IMG/VR virus record: IMGVR_UViG_3300032236_000771
Coordinates: 1-64,000 of that record
DNA: 64,000 nucleotides
Reading direction: 5' to 3' (one strand)
Source: a virus
Part shown: positions 9,817 through 20,170 of the stretch, piece by piece
Position numbering within the stretch: the stretch's first letter is position 1
Layout: the number at the start of each line of letters is the position of its first letter
Translations under genes and position numbers: made by a program
Notes under the pieces: generated by a model
Database searches by the model: none
Told to the model about the DNA's origin: nothing
The model's input: the letters and a program-made list of their open reading frames with translations, nothing else

Positions 9817-11106
9817 CTACTTCTTCGGTCCTTTGTGAATCCAAGTCGTTGGGGTTCTGGTATAGCCTTGACCCGTTTCTTTGGTCAATGCTCGCATAGG
9901 GGAAAGCATTGTCCCGCTAGTAGTTCGCAAATGAGGTGAATGCCCTCCGTTTGCTACTGCTGCTTCTAAGTCTACCTGACCCACTACGCTTGCGTTGGTC
10001 TTACGGCTTGGGGCTGGGGCGTTAGTTCCCGTGCCATCTGAAAGGGCTTGAATCTCTACTTGGTACTCACCGATGTAAGTGAGAGTGTGAGTTATCTCTG
10101 AAGGAACCCAAAATCCATCAAGGCGGGAGTCTACCCCCTGAACAAATACTGGGTGGTAAGGCCTCATGGCTGGGTGGCCCTGACCTTTGATACGAGCAGG
10201 GAGATTGAACCTTGCCAACTGGGCAGCTCCGTCCGCAGAGGTTGAAGCACCTACAACGTCATGCACTACCTGGTCCGTGCGTTGTTCGTCAAAGAAGACC
10301 GCATTGTTGCCACTACGCAGTTTTTTACCGACCTTAGTAGGAGCCTTAGTTGCAGTGACTGGCTTGCTAGTAACTGGGTCTACACCAGATACGGTCTTAG
10401 TATTGCGGAGCTCTAACCCGTCGATGTATTCGCCCTTCATGGCCTTGATGTAATCCAACGTACGGTCGCTATCCAACGTATCAGTTGGGACATCTCGACC
10501 AAAGGTTGCCATGACCGGGGCCGTCCCAGAGCCCTCATCAATAATTTTGTCCAAAGGTCGGAAGTAGAGAGTAGTGTTCTCTACGTACATGGCATAGCCA
10601 ATACGGGTAGCCTGCTCGTGCAACCACTCCCAATAGGACTGGTTAGCAATCGTAAGTTGAGGAAAAATTCGAGAATGTGGCTCACCGACAAACTTCAGGT
10701 TCTTTTCACGAGCAATCTGTTGAGCCACTTGCGTAATCGTCTTGTTACGGAATGTGCGAATCTTTCGTTCCTTCAAAACAAAGGAAGCCCCAATGCATAC
10801 AACTTCCATTACCTTCTTAGGGGCAACTGAGAGCTCAGAGGTGACGTGGGAGACATAGCCAGTAAAGGTTCCTTTATCAGAACCTTTGTTCCAAGTAAAA
10901 GTAACTGGGATACCAGTAGTTAGAGTGTCCAATAAGCGTTCATTCTGTGTGCTGTACTGCAAGACCGCAATGTCGTGAGACTTCATCTTCTGCGTAATAG
11001 TAACCTTGGCAGGAGGCAACAACGCCGTGTTCAAAGACGGCAACGTTGGAAACGTTACCGAATAGCCAGAACTTCGGCGGTTTGAACCGACTGAATTAGA
11101 GGGCAT
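9817..11106 (-). CDS. Baseplate hub (gpD/VgrG-like)
   Basis: FTGYV, RTF.NKT..QVAQQIA, Q...SYWEWL...A.RIGY, G.P...P...V.V.G...L.G.W....TH. Confidence 0.85.
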   Translation of the reverse strand: MPSNSVGSNRRSSGYSVTFPTLPSLNTALLPPAKVTITQKMKSHDIAVLQYSTQNERLLDTLTTGIPVTFTWNKGSDKGTFTGYVSHVTSELSVAPKKVMEVVCIGASFVLKERKIRTFRNKTITQVAQQIAREKNLKFVGEPHSRIFPQLTIANQSYWEWLHEQATRIGYAMYVENTTLYFRPLDKIIDEGSGTAPVMATFGRDVPTDTLDSDRTLDYIKAMKGEYIDGLELRNTKTVSGVDPVTSKPVTATKAPTKVGKKLRSGNNAVFFDEQRTDQVVHDVVGASTSADGAAQLARFNLPARIKGQGHPAMRPYHPVFVQGVDSRLDGFWVPSEITHTLTYIGEYQVEIQALSDGTGTNAPAPSRKTNASVVGQVDLEAAVANGGHSPHLRTTSGTMLSPMRALTKETGQGYTRTPTTWIHKGPKK

Positions 11107-11374
11107 TTGGAATTCGCACTACCGTTCCAACTTGGATGTCAAATGGGTCAATAATCTCTGGATTGAAGTCCATGATTTTCCACCATGACTCAGGGCTACC
11201 CAAGAACTCATTTGCAATTAGGTCGATGCGGTCATTCTCAACCCAGGTGTAGTAATAGAACGAAGCTGTTGCAGTAGGGAACTCCCTGAATGCAGTAAAG
11301 AAGTAGTCATCTCTATTTGTATCATAGGTTTTAGCAATTAGTGCAGTCGCATAGCGGCTATCTGTATAAATCAC
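11096..11374 (-). CDS. LysM / tail protein X-like
   Basis: DRIDLIA.EFLG....WWKIMDFNPEI.DP..I..GT..RIP. Confidence 0.85.
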   Translation of the reverse strand: MIYTDSRYATALIAKTYDTNRDDYFFTAFREFPTATASFYYYTWVENDRIDLIANEFLGSPESWWKIMDFNPEIIDPFDIQVGTVVRIPNAL

Positions 11375-13044
11375 TCGAGAACCAATCCTTTGTTTCCAGA
11401 AGCACCATTCCTATTGCCAATAGGCGTGTAGGTAGTGCTCCAAGTATTGCTGTCTGGGTAATCAGGGTAACGACTAAAGCCAATGTCAACGTAACTCAAG
11501 ATTGGAACCATTCGCTCGTTAAACATCACGTGGTTCACCATCATGGTATTGACGTAGCCGTAGTATCGAAGATTAGGACCTAGGTGTAGCTCTACCTTAC
11601 GGCGACTGAAGAAGCCCATGTCCGCAGTCATTTCATACCGCAACTGGCTTTTCATGGTGTAGCCCAAGAGAACACGAAGCAAGTACTCAACGTCATACAT
11701 GGTGCCCTTGTTGTAAATGGCGTTCTGCTCATCGAATTCGATACCATGGGCTTTAGCTTGAGCCAAGTTCCAAGGATTACGTGGAGCATACAGGTTGGCA
11801 GCCAAAGCCTCTGACTTCAAAGTCCCATCCGTGTTGTAATACTTCATGTCGTACATACGGTTTAGCAAAATCTTAAAACTAATGCTGGCTGAGGCAACGT
11901 TAGGCGGGATGTAGTTGGCTGGGTCTTTACCAGACATCTGTAGTGCCACGTCCGTCTGAGCAACTCCCAAGTAGTTCATGTTGATTGACCCAGGGTTGTA
12001 TAGGAACTGGAACCCATACTTCTTTTGAGACTCATTCTTTGGGAAACCAGATACCGTGCCGTTGTAGTCAGTGACTCCCCCAGGTGGGAAGTAGGTCTGG
12101 AACATGCCCTTGCTACCTTGGACTTCTCGCCACAACTGTTTAGCGTCCAGTACTGCAGAAGGCGAGTTAGACCAAGTATTTCCTGGAATACCATTGACCG
12201 CTAGGTCCGCTTCTTCAACAGTTGTGTGTGCAGTTGCACGGGTAGGTAGGTAGCCTTCCTTGACAGAACCAACGTTGTAAATAACTGGTTTTGCATCTAG
12301 GTCAGCCTTTGAGATAAAGTTGCCCGGTGGTTGAGTGGTGCCTCCACCGTTGCCACTGAAAGAAGAAAAAGGAAGGCCAGCGGTGCCAAAGATGTACTTG
12401 CTGGCATTTGCTCCAGCCAACTTCTTGAACAAAGCAACTTCTGGAGCAAGTTGTGCTGAGGCCTTGTCTAACTTGCTTGAGATGGTTGAAATACGTGCCT
12501 CAAGCTCCTTCTTAAATACTCGAAAGTTTAGTCCCGTTAGGCTTGCTCTATCCAGCTCAGGGCTAATTGGTGCATTTGGACTTTCTGGGGAATGCCAAAG
12601 CATGTTATCTGCGGGAAAGTAGACGTCGTAAGGGCCGCCATCATCGTTACCATCTACGTTGTAGAGTGGTGAGCCAACGTATTCCGTTGGTAGAGCATTG
12701 TAATCGCCAGTAAAAAAACCTGTGTGGTGAATCCACCTTCCCTTTGCGTTAGAGAAGAAATTGTGCACAGCGGCCTTAGATACCAGTGCACTTGGCTGAC
12801 CATCGTAAGCATGACTAGCGTGTGCAGGGGGAGAAAAACTGCCAGAGCATTTATTCAACAAGTCCTGTAGCAGAAATAGCTGTCCCTTGTATTTCTCAAC
12901 CTCTTGCCACTTAGGGCTCCAAACCCAGTCAGACAGTTTATTAATCTTTTGCTGTTGAGCAAGGGTTTCTTGCTTTTGGGTCGGATAGATTCTGTATGCG
13001 TCTTCTTTAGCCGCACCTCTTGGAGTACCTGGATGTCCTGACAT
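11371..13044 (-). CDS. Tail tube-initiator/baseplate protein with long N-terminal extension
   Basis: C-terminal FQFLYNP.SI...GYV..M.V.H.MF.E.MVP; lies between tape measure and LysM gene. Confidence 0.65.
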   Translation of the reverse strand: MSGHPGTPRGAAKEDAYRIYPTQKQETLAQQQKINKLSDWVWSPKWQEVEKYKGQLFLLQDLLNKCSGSFSPPAHASHAYDGQPSALVSKAAVHNFFSNAKGRWIHHTGFFTGDYNALPTEYVGSPLYNVDGNDDGGPYDVYFPADNMLWHSPESPNAPISPELDRASLTGLNFRVFKKELEARISTISSKLDKASAQLAPEVALFKKLAGANASKYIFGTAGLPFSSFSGNGGGTTQPPGNFISKADLDAKPVIYNVGSVKEGYLPTRATAHTTVEEADLAVNGIPGNTWSNSPSAVLDAKQLWREVQGSKGMFQTYFPPGGVTDYNGTVSGFPKNESQKKYGFQFLYNPGSINMNYLGVAQTDVALQMSGKDPANYIPPNVASASISFKILLNRMYDMKYYNTDGTLKSEALAANLYAPRNPWNLAQAKAHGIEFDEQNAIYNKGTMYDVEYLLRVLLGYTMKSQLRYEMTADMGFFSRRKVELHLGPNLRYYGYVNTMMVNHVMFNERMVPILSYVDIGFSRYPDYPDSNTWSTTYTPIGNRNGASGNKGLVLE

Positions 13045-15134
13045 TATCTACTTCCCATACTTGAAGTCATTGCGTGTTCGTCGAGAATCTGCTTCACGGT
13101 CTCTGCAAACTTTCGTGCCTCGGCCTCTGATGCTTGAGCAATAGTTAGGTTGATGTCTACCTTGGTGCCACCGCCCATAACCGAGCCACCACCCGCTGGG
13201 GTAATCCCGCCAAGACTCATGCCAGAGTAAGAACCACCAACGCCAGTAGCGGCAGTGGATGCAGAAGTTCCCAGCGAGTAAGAACGGCCTTGGTTAGAAG
13301 ACCCTGTCCATGCTGGAACACTAGCCGAAGTTGTTGGGGCACTAATGCCCAGCAAGTCGTTGACAGAAGCAGATAGTGTGGCTCCAGAGAAACCGCCAGC
13401 ATCGTTTGTAGACGACGTGCTGTATTTTCCATTACCCGCTTTAGATGGGTCAATCTGAGCTGCACCAGTAAGGATTACTGATGGGTCTACTGGAGTTCCA
13501 TCCTTAGTAACCTCAAAGTGCAAGTGAGGACCAGTAACGTGTCCGCTGTGGCCCGAGGTACCGATGCGTTGACCAGCAGTTACCTTTTGCCCCGGCTGGA
13601 CATCGGCACTAGAAGGGTCCAAGTGAGCATAGATAGTTTTGTACCCATTGCCATGGTCCACAGTGACATAGTGCCCAAATGAGTACGCTCCGCTACCTAC
13701 TGAGTCAGTAGAGACAACACCGTCTGCCGCTGCGTAAACTGGAGAACCGTCGCGAACTCCGTAGTCCACACCGTTGTGTCCTTGAGCACCCCACATTGGC
13801 CCCATCTCGTGCCATGTAGCAGTGATTGGTCCATTAGCGGGTACCGCTGACCCACTAGACGAGGCACCAGTTCCGCCACCAGAAAATGCACCAGTTCCGT
13901 TACCGCCAGAAGTTCCACCCTTAGGCACGATGCTTCCAAGAGCACTGCCTATAGTGGAACCCAGCAAAGCACCCGCAACAGTTCCTCCACCGGGCTCAAT
14001 AATCGTTCCAACGATTCCGCCCAAAACTGCTCCACCGATAGTCATTGCACCAGAGAGGGCTGAAGAACCTTTTTGCACTGCTTGACCAGCAGGGGTTCCT
14101 GCAGCAGTCTGCAACTGAGCGTTGAGCTGGCCGAACTGGGTAATGGTGTCCTTGATTACGCCATTCAATGAAGCAAACCACGCAGCAGCTTGATTGGCAC
14201 CTTGCTCATAAACACCAGATGCGGTGCCCATTTGGTCCGTCATGGTGGTGTTGATACTTAATGCCGATGCAAGTGGGTTGGTATTTCCCTTAGCATTGTT
14301 TGCCCCCATAATACTTTTCATCGCCGCATTGTTGGACAAGTCCATGTTCTTGCCGCCAAGTTTATTGACCATGTATGACATGAACATAGTCTGCTGGTCT
14401 TGGCTCAAACCAAGGTTATTGAGGTCAGCACCCAAGTTGCCTCGACGGTAACTATCCATCAAGTTAGTTACATTGAGGTTTCCGCTATTGCCAGAGAATA
14501 CCTGATTAGCAATCTGACCAAAGATTTGACTTTGAGTGAGAGATTTACCCGTCATTGGGTCTGAAGTGTAGATGCCCAAGGACTGCATCATGTTTGCTGA
14601 GGTCTGACCAGATGTCAGGCCCTCAAGGGCAGTGGCAGCGGACTGGTTATCCATGCCCAGATACTTGGCAGCGTTTGAGGTAGACCGCATCAACTGCATG
14701 TAGGTGCTGTTAGACGCAGTGCTGAAGTTAACGCCTCGACCCATGAAGTAGTTGGACACCATCGAGTCCGCACCAGGCGAAGTGATTCCTCCAGCCATAG
14801 CACTGAAGGATGCCTTCATCATGGTCTGCTTGTTGTACCCAGGAGCAAAGATGGAGCCCTGATAGTAGCCCATGTTATAGGTTTGGGTAGCAGCCACATT
14901 CGGCATTGCGGCAGCCATACCTGAAATTACGCCACTAACGACATTTCCCACACCGCCCACAAGGTTGGAAGCAAGCATGCTTCCTGGGGTCATGCCTCCC
15001 ATAGAAGAGCCAACGCCTCCACTCGAGCCACCAGCAAGAAGGGTGCTGAGTTTAGGGAGGACTGCGTTTAGTTTAGAATCGAGGTTGGCAACGGCACGGG
15101 TTAGGCCATCAACCTGTTGAGTGGTATCAGTCAT
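13044..15134 (-). CDS. Tape measure protein with M23 peptidase domain
   Basis: Ala/Gly/Ser/Met-rich helical body; HNGVDY...YAHL...TGPHLHFEV. Confidence 0.88.
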   Translation of the reverse strand: MTDTTQQVDGLTRAVANLDSKLNAVLPKLSTLLAGGSSGGVGSSMGGMTPGSMLASNLVGGVGNVVSGVISGMAAAMPNVAATQTYNMGYYQGSIFAPGYNKQTMMKASFSAMAGGITSPGADSMVSNYFMGRGVNFSTASNSTYMQLMRSTSNAAKYLGMDNQSAATALEGLTSGQTSANMMQSLGIYTSDPMTGKSLTQSQIFGQIANQVFSGNSGNLNVTNLMDSYRRGNLGADLNNLGLSQDQQTMFMSYMVNKLGGKNMDLSNNAAMKSIMGANNAKGNTNPLASALSINTTMTDQMGTASGVYEQGANQAAAWFASLNGVIKDTITQFGQLNAQLQTAAGTPAGQAVQKGSSALSGAMTIGGAVLGGIVGTIIEPGGGTVAGALLGSTIGSALGSIVPKGGTSGGNGTGAFSGGGTGASSSGSAVPANGPITATWHEMGPMWGAQGHNGVDYGVRDGSPVYAAADGVVSTDSVGSGAYSFGHYVTVDHGNGYKTIYAHLDPSSADVQPGQKVTAGQRIGTSGHSGHVTGPHLHFEVTKDGTPVDPSVILTGAAQIDPSKAGNGKYSTSSTNDAGGFSGATLSASVNDLLGISAPTTSASVPAWTGSSNQGRSYSLGTSASTAATGVGGSYSGMSLGGITPAGGGSVMGGGTKVDINLTIAQASEAEARKFAETVKQILDEHAMTSSMGSR

Positions 15135-15261
15135 CCAACTTCACCTTTCCTCGTTCTCGGGCTATCTCTAGCCAGTTCAGTCTTTCTCTACGAGATAGGC
15201 TCTTGATTTCCTCAAGAGTCCATCCCGGATAAATCTCGGTAATTGTGGCCCACTGATTCAT
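15127..15261 (-). CDS. Small tail assembly chaperone partner
   Basis: YPGWTLEEIKSLSRRER..W motif typical of small ORFs after tail chaperones; start uncertain. Confidence 0.7.
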   Translation of the reverse strand: MNQWATITEIYPGWTLEEIKSLSRRERLNWLEIARERGKVKLDD

Positions 15262-15283
15262 CAGTAGGTTGAACCCCGTAACA

Positions 15284-16099
15284 CTAGAAGCGAAACAACG
15301 CTCCAAGCGATACTGGAACCACAACCTCTCCACCACAGTCTGGACAAGTCACCTTGACCGCTTCAAACTTTGGTCCCGGTGCCCGCTTGACAATCTCTTC
15401 GACAATCTTTCGACGGTCAACCAGACCCAAGTTCTGCACCTGTAGTGGACTTACTACTGGACTTCCATTTATCTCAATAACGGTGTTCTCGAGCAAAATG
15501 GTCGTCAACTCTGCCGAGTTCTTCTCCTCAGCAGCGATAATCTCTCGTTGAGTCATGCCAGTTGGCAGACTCACCAAGAACTCCCCCTTATTACCTTGGA
15601 CGGTAAAGTTTCGGTCAGCAATTGGGTCTACCAGAACCTTGCTCTGGATGTCGCCATCGATGTCCACAGAAACCGTCTTGAAGTCCTTGCATCCATCGCA
15701 GAATGCCCCTAGTTCAGCAGTCTTGCCGAAAGTCGCCTTGTAAATACCAAGAAGAAGAGCATCTCGGTCACCCGCTAGAAGACCATCCAAGACTCCTTCC
15801 GTGGCCTTTTTGTTTCCAATAGAAACCACAGCTCGGTTCAGAATCGTGACCCAAGTCTTGCCTTGGTTAGTCAAACGACCAATTGCCTCTTCATCCTTGC
15901 CGTTTAGTTCTCGAACTTCTGCGGTCCTAATGACCTCCCCAGTATCACTGATGTATCCACCAGGGAGGGTCACTAGGTTGTCCGCAGGAGAAGCGAGGTT
16001 GGCTTTTTCGATTGGTGCTACAGGTACAGCGGTAGCGTCTTCAACCATTGCGTTGAATACGTTTGGATTACTTGCTGCACTGACGGTGTTATTTTCCAT
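15284..16099 (-). CDS. Tail assembly chaperone / T4-type hub assembly protein
   Basis: LPGGY...VREL.G.DE, L..GDRD.LLL, two CxxC motifs; follows tube gene. Confidence 0.75.
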   Translation of the reverse strand: MENNTVSAASNPNVFNAMVEDATAVPVAPIEKANLASPADNLVTLPGGYISDTGEVIRTAEVRELNGKDEEAIGRLTNQGKTWVTILNRAVVSIGNKKATEGVLDGLLAGDRDALLLGIYKATFGKTAELGAFCDGCKDFKTVSVDIDGDIQSKVLVDPIADRNFTVQGNKGEFLVSLPTGMTQREIIAAEEKNSAELTTILLENTVIEINGSPVVSPLQVQNLGLVDRRKIVEEIVKRAPGPKFEAVKVTCPDCGGEVVVPVSLGALFRF

Positions 16100-16115
16100 T
16101 TAGTTTCCTTTTTAG

Positions 16116-16739
16116 TTACTGGGTTAGTGCTTCTGCCGAACCAGCAGTTGGTTCTTCGTTTAGACCAGGTAGCTTGGTTGCCCAAGTTGAGTCCATGCCC
16201 TCGTGAACAACGGTGAGCTGCTCTACGAAGATAGCGTTGTCCGCTGCGTTGAGGTCCGAGTAAGCCAGCGAAGTAATCCACGCATTGTAGATGTAGAAAC
16301 GCTGTGCGATGTGGTCCTGGTTACGAGAGCCGTCCTCTGAGCCAGCACCAGCGATTGGGTGCGAGAGAACCTGAATCTCGATGTCGCAACGGAAATTGTT
16401 GGCACCGACGTTGGTAGCGGTTGAGCCACCCTGTACGGTTGCAAACAACTTACGCATCCACTCCCAGTTCTGCTTGGTGCCAAGAACGACGCCACGCTGG
16501 AAGGTGACTGGAGAGAACGTGGTCTGACCAGGGATTTGGTGGAAGGTGGTGTTGTAGCCACCCTCACGGTAAGGGATTGAATCGGTGGTAACCGACAGAC
16601 CCGATACCGAGGTGAATCCAAGCAAACCCGAAGGCACGTTTGGAGTGTTCGAGTCTAGCGGGGTGAACTTGACCAAGAAGCGGAAGTTTCTTAGCGGGTC
16701 AGTCGCTAGAGTAGAGCGGTTGTTAACAATAGTTGCCAT
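16116..16739 (-). CDS. Tail tube protein (T4 gp19-like)
   Basis: DPLRNFRF.V, GF.SVSGL....I.YREGG, IPG...F..VT..RG, NAW......DLNA. Confidence 0.95.
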   Translation of the reverse strand: MATIVNNRSTLATDPLRNFRFLVKFTPLDSNTPNVPSGLLGFTSVSGLSVTTDSIPYREGGYNTTFHQIPGQTTFSPVTFQRGVVLGTKQNWEWMRKLFATVQGGSTATNVGANNFRCDIEIQVLSHPIAGAGSEDGSRNQDHIAQRFYIYNAWITSLAYSDLNAADNAIFVEQLTVVHEGMDSTWATKLPGLNEEPTAGSAEALTQ

Positions 16740-16751
16740 TGTCTATTCTCC

Positions 16752-18263
16752 TTAGTTAGCAGTCTTTTGACTGATGTTGATGACCACAAACTCGGCAGGA
16801 TACTGGAGGGCAACTCCGACCTGAATGTGAACTTCACCGTTAGCGATGGTCTGAGCGGTGTTGTTCTCAGCGTCAACCTTTACAAAGTAAGCCTGTGCAG
16901 GAGTAGTTCCACGCAGACCTCCCTGGTTACGGTATGCGTTTAGGAATACGCTGATGGTGGTTTGGATTCGTGCCCAAAGGTCCTCATTATTGTTCTCAAA
17001 GAGAGCAAACTGAGTGAGGTCATTGAGCGACTTCTCGATGTAGTTCAGCGAACGACGCATGTTTACATATTTGTTCGATGTTCCATCCTGAAGCAGGGTA
17101 CGAGCACCCATCGATACAACTCCAGCACCCGGCAGGTTGCGGAGAGCGTTGATTGGGTATGCACCAGAGTTCAAAGCGTCCAACTCAGATGAGGTGAACA
17201 ACTTCTCGAGTGCAAGGGCACCCTTTACGCCAGCGTTCAAACCTGCAGGGGCCTTGAATGGTCCCGACTGCTTGTCAGTCTGGATGTAAAGTCCAGCGAT
17301 AGCACTTGCTGGAGCAACCTTGCGGAGTGACTGCAGACTACGGCCTACTGGGTCAGTAATGTAGTAGTTAGGGAAGTAAACCGCTGCGTGGCTTGAGCTG
17401 GTCAGTCCCGCTGCATAGTCAAGTGCATCTGGAACAGCCGTTGAAGGTGCCGAGATTGCTGGGGTGTCAATTACAGCAAAGCTGTAAGTCGAGTCTGCCC
17501 AAGCAATCAGTGCATTGTGAACGGTAGTTGCGTTAGTCGAACCCAACTTAGCGATAACCTCAGGAGCAAAGACAACCAGTGGGCGGTCAATTGCACCGAA
17601 GTCAGCGACTGCACCCGAGTAGTCGGTAGCAGTAGCGGCCGAACCATCAGCCCCATTTACCAAAGGCAATACAGCGGTGGTAGGGGTCTTGGTCAAGTCG
17701 CTGACCGAGATGGTGATTGCGTTTGAGGCGTTGTTTACTACCGACTCAACGAAGTCGCCCGAAGTGCGGTCATTCACAACAACGTTGGTGTAACGCTCAA
17801 GGATGATGTCATCAGCAACGTTAGTTGGGGTGTTGCCACCTTCCTTGTAGACAGTCAGGTCAAAGTAGCCCGACTGAGCTGCTGCGGTGAACTGAATACG
17901 TAGGTTGTTGCCGTCTGAACCAAAGTCCTTAGCCGTAACGGTAGCCATAGTGTCGGTACCGTTAGTGGTGTGAGGAACAACAATGCTGGCCTTGACTGCA
18001 TCAGTGTGGACAACGCGACGAACGTAGAGTTCGCTACCGCCATTCTGGAAGAACTGGCCAACACCGAAGGTTGCTGGGTAACTAACGTTGTAACCGCCAA
18101 AACGCTTTACAAAGTCATACCACGAGGTAACCAAAGTTACCGAGGTTGGTCCCTGAGCAAACTCGCCAACAGCAGCACCCGCAGCATTTGCGGAACTGGT
18201 TGCAGCAATCTGAGCAGGGAGCAGAGTTTCACTGATGTAAACACCAGGACGCTGATACGTCAT
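16752..18263 (-). CDS. Contractile tail sheath protein
   Basis: PGVYI.E, F.NGG..LYV.RV, KAPAG, GARTL, YVNMRR, FE.N...LW, PAEFVVI. Confidence 0.96.
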   Translation of the reverse strand: MTYQRPGVYISETLLPAQIAATSSANAAGAAVGEFAQGPTSVTLVTSWYDFVKRFGGYNVSYPATFGVGQFFQNGGSELYVRRVVHTDAVKASIVVPHTTNGTDTMATVTAKDFGSDGNNLRIQFTAAAQSGYFDLTVYKEGGNTPTNVADDIILERYTNVVVNDRTSGDFVESVVNNASNAITISVSDLTKTPTTAVLPLVNGADGSAATATDYSGAVADFGAIDRPLVVFAPEVIAKLGSTNATTVHNALIAWADSTYSFAVIDTPAISAPSTAVPDALDYAAGLTSSSHAAVYFPNYYITDPVGRSLQSLRKVAPASAIAGLYIQTDKQSGPFKAPAGLNAGVKGALALEKLFTSSELDALNSGAYPINALRNLPGAGVVSMGARTLLQDGTSNKYVNMRRSLNYIEKSLNDLTQFALFENNNEDLWARIQTTISVFLNAYRNQGGLRGTTPAQAYFVKVDAENNTAQTIANGEVHIQVGVALQYPAEFVVINISQKTAN

Positions 18264-18303
18264 CTTTTCTCCTTAGATAGGTTAGTAATACGGGGTGAAC
18301 GAA

Positions 18304-18957
18304 TTATGAGCGGATTATGTTCGAGGCAATGCCCGTAAACTGTGGCTGGTGAGCAGTGCCGCCAGCGTAAGCAGAGTCGAGCGAGTCGATGTTGATGGAC
18401 GAAACTTTTGTCAGAGTTCGGTAAGTATCCTGCGATACTTCACTCGAGACTCGGACGGTTATTGCATTGACGAACAAACGCTTGGCCTGCTCTGGTACAT
18501 CTCGCTTTGAGATGTTGATTACGTCTAGACGGCGGATGGTTCCATCCTCCAGAACTAGCGAACCAAATCGAATTGGCAGTTTCTCAAACATAATCTGAGT
18601 AACTAGTTGACGGTCGTGGCGTGGGTTACGAGAGTAGACACTAATCTGGTAATCCAGCGATACTGGGATAGGCAGGTGAAGTTGCCAGTTCTCAGCCTCG
18701 GTGCCCGTCTTTAGGTAATCGATGTTTGGTGTGTCCGAGTTGACAAGGCCACGCATTTCGCGGTCCGTCTCTCGACTAATGTCAATCATGTCGATGGTGA
18801 CGTAGGGGTAAGACTGGGTACGGATTTCTTGGTCAGGCTGCCCAAACCAAACGCCAACCTCACGTGGAGTGTCGGTGCCGTCTGACTTCTGGTCAGATAC
18901 AACCATTCCTTTGAGTTTCTCTCGCAGGGCTTTATCTTCTGAAAGTAGAAATGCCAT
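18304..18957 (-). CDS. Tail terminator / sheath-cap (Pvc16-like)
   Basis: YP.VTID, P.PV.LDYQI..Y; immediately upstream of sheath. Confidence 0.65.
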   Translation of the reverse strand: MAFLLSEDKALREKLKGMVVSDQKSDGTDTPREVGVWFGQPDQEIRTQSYPYVTIDMIDISRETDREMRGLVNSDTPNIDYLKTGTEAENWQLHLPIPVSLDYQISVYSRNPRHDRQLVTQIMFEKLPIRFGSLVLEDGTIRRLDVINISKRDVPEQAKRLFVNAITVRVSSEVSQDTYRTLTKVSSINIDSLDSAYAGGTAHQPQFTGIASNIIRS

Positions 18958-19265
18958 TACAACTTCCCCAAGTGCTTGTTGAGCTGTTTCATAAATACAG
19001 CCTCGGCTTTACCGGGATTGTTTGAATACTTACGCAAAACTGCAGTGGGACGTTGAGTCTCTGAGCCGTATTCACGGGTCCAAGCATCGCCAGCATGCTC
19101 TCCATCTAGGTGAGCATTGAACGCCTTGCCATCGTAAGATACGTGGATGGCACTAATCTCATGAGGTGCCCAGCCATGCTGACGTGCCGAACGGCGGATG
19201 TCAGCAGTCATGTAACGTGCTGTATCCGAGGCAGCTTTGGCGATTGCGTCTGGGAAGTGCTTCAC
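18957..19265 (-). CDS. Putative neck/tail completion protein
   Basis: EYGS...RP.AVLR motif; coupled to terminator gene. Confidence 0.55.
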   Translation of the reverse strand: MKHFPDAIAKAASDTARYMTADIRRSARQHGWAPHEISAIHVSYDGKAFNAHLDGEHAGDAWTREYGSETQRPTAVLRKYSNNPGKAEAVFMKQLNKHLGKL

Positions 19266-19462
19266 TTAGTTTTCTTGCCTGTGTAGGGTTCTGGCTTGTC
19301 AAACTTGTTCCGAACGTAACCTTGGCTCATCATAGAGAACATGACGTCTTGGCGAAGGTTTGGGCGGTACGCTGTGGCACCACGCAAGAACTCGTCCCGT
19401 TCCTCGAAATCGAGAAACTCATTGACCTTTTCCCACCAGGGTTTAAAGTCATTGTTTGACAT
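19262..19462 (-). CDS. Hypothetical protein
   Basis: 66 aa, AAAGGA RBS, GTGA overlap with next gene. Confidence 0.6.
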   Translation of the reverse strand: MSNNDFKPWWEKVNEFLDFEERDEFLRGATAYRPNLRQDVMFSMMSQGYVRNKFDKPEPYTGKKTK

Positions 19463-19535
19463 TGCAAGAATCCTTTTCAGGAGGCAAGGCTACGTGAGTA
19501 GGTAGGCTCCGCACGGAGGTCTACGTATTTAGGAT

Positions 19536-19563
19536 AAAGAAAAGCCCTGCAAAAAGCAGGGCT
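19536..19563 (-). terminator. Intrinsic terminator overlapping a TATCCT -10-like box
   Basis: AGCCCTGC-TTTTT-GCAGGGCT then TTTCTTT. Confidence 0.75.
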
Positions 19564-19584
19564 AATCTAAACTGTTTGGACTAC

Positions 19585-19782
19585 TTACTTGCCAGTAATT
19601 TTCCTGGCTAGAGCCTTGTCCTTCTTCATGTCCTCAGACTTGGACATCTTCTTGTTCTTGTCCATCTTCTTGTCCTTGGCTTCAAACTCTTTCTTCTGCT
19701 TAGGGGTCATGCCCTTTTCTAGCTTCTTGTCAGCCTTTTCGTCAGCCTTTGAGCCAGGCCATACCTTCTTCTTTTCAGCCAT
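19585..19782 (-). CDS. Small Lys-rich protein
   Basis: 65 aa, very K/D/E-rich; AAGGAG RBS. Confidence 0.75.
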   Translation of the reverse strand: MAEKKKVWPGSKADEKADKKLEKGMTPKQKKEFEAKDKKMDKNKKMSKSEDMKKDKALARKITGK

Positions 19783-19834
19783 TTACAGGCTCCTTTTCTT
19801 TGTCTTTACCGCAAGTGCAGTTTCCGTTACACAT
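19775..19834 (-). CDS. 19-aa Cys micro-peptide
   Basis: Manual: MCNGNCTCGKDKEKEPVNG; TAATG-coupled to upstream stop. Confidence 0.4.
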   Translation of the reverse strand: MCNGNCTCGKDKEKEPVNG

Positions 19835-19986
19835 TATCTTTTTGCCTTTCCTGCTGTTGGGAGAGTTCTGGCCTGCTGAGATTCCGACTTGTGCTTTTGC
19901 TGTAGCTTAGCGATAGCGACTTCGTGGGTCTTCTTCATTGCCTCAAGTTCAAGTTTCTGAAGGGCAGTTCGTCGGGTATTAGCCAT
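19834..19986 (-). CDS. Small basic protein
   Basis: MANTRRTALQKLE...; GAAAGGGTGG RBS; start reassigned from the track ORF. Confidence 0.6.
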   Translation of the reverse strand: MANTRRTALQKLELEAMKKTHEVAIAKLQQKHKSESQQARTLPTAGKAKR

Positions 19987-20038
19987 GGCTAGGAATCCAC
20001 CCTTTCCGCCGTTAGGCAATGGTGCTGGCTCTACCTTA

Positions 20039-20170
20039 TTATTTTGCACGTTTCTTTGCTTTCTTTTTGGGTAAAGGTTTGTTCTTTGGAGTTTCCTTTT
20101 CCCACCGCTCCGCCATCTCTGGGTGGGTCGCATACATCCATTTACGCTGGGCCTGTGATTTGAATGGCAT
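20039..20170 (-). CDS. Small basic protein (43 aa)
   Basis: Manual: MPFKSQAQRKWMYATHPEMAERWEKETPKNKPLPKKKAKKRAK; TAATG-coupled. Confidence 0.75.
   Translation of the reverse strand: MPFKSQAQRKWMYATHPEMAERWEKETPKNKPLPKKKAKKRAK

Noticed and set aside
15261-15336. Programmed tail-chaperone frameshift
   Set aside because: No recognisable slippery heptamer near the 15284 stop
7059-18957. Stand-alone extracellular contractile injection system
   Set aside because: The tail genes look eCIS-like, but capsid, portal, terminase and replication genes show this is a phage
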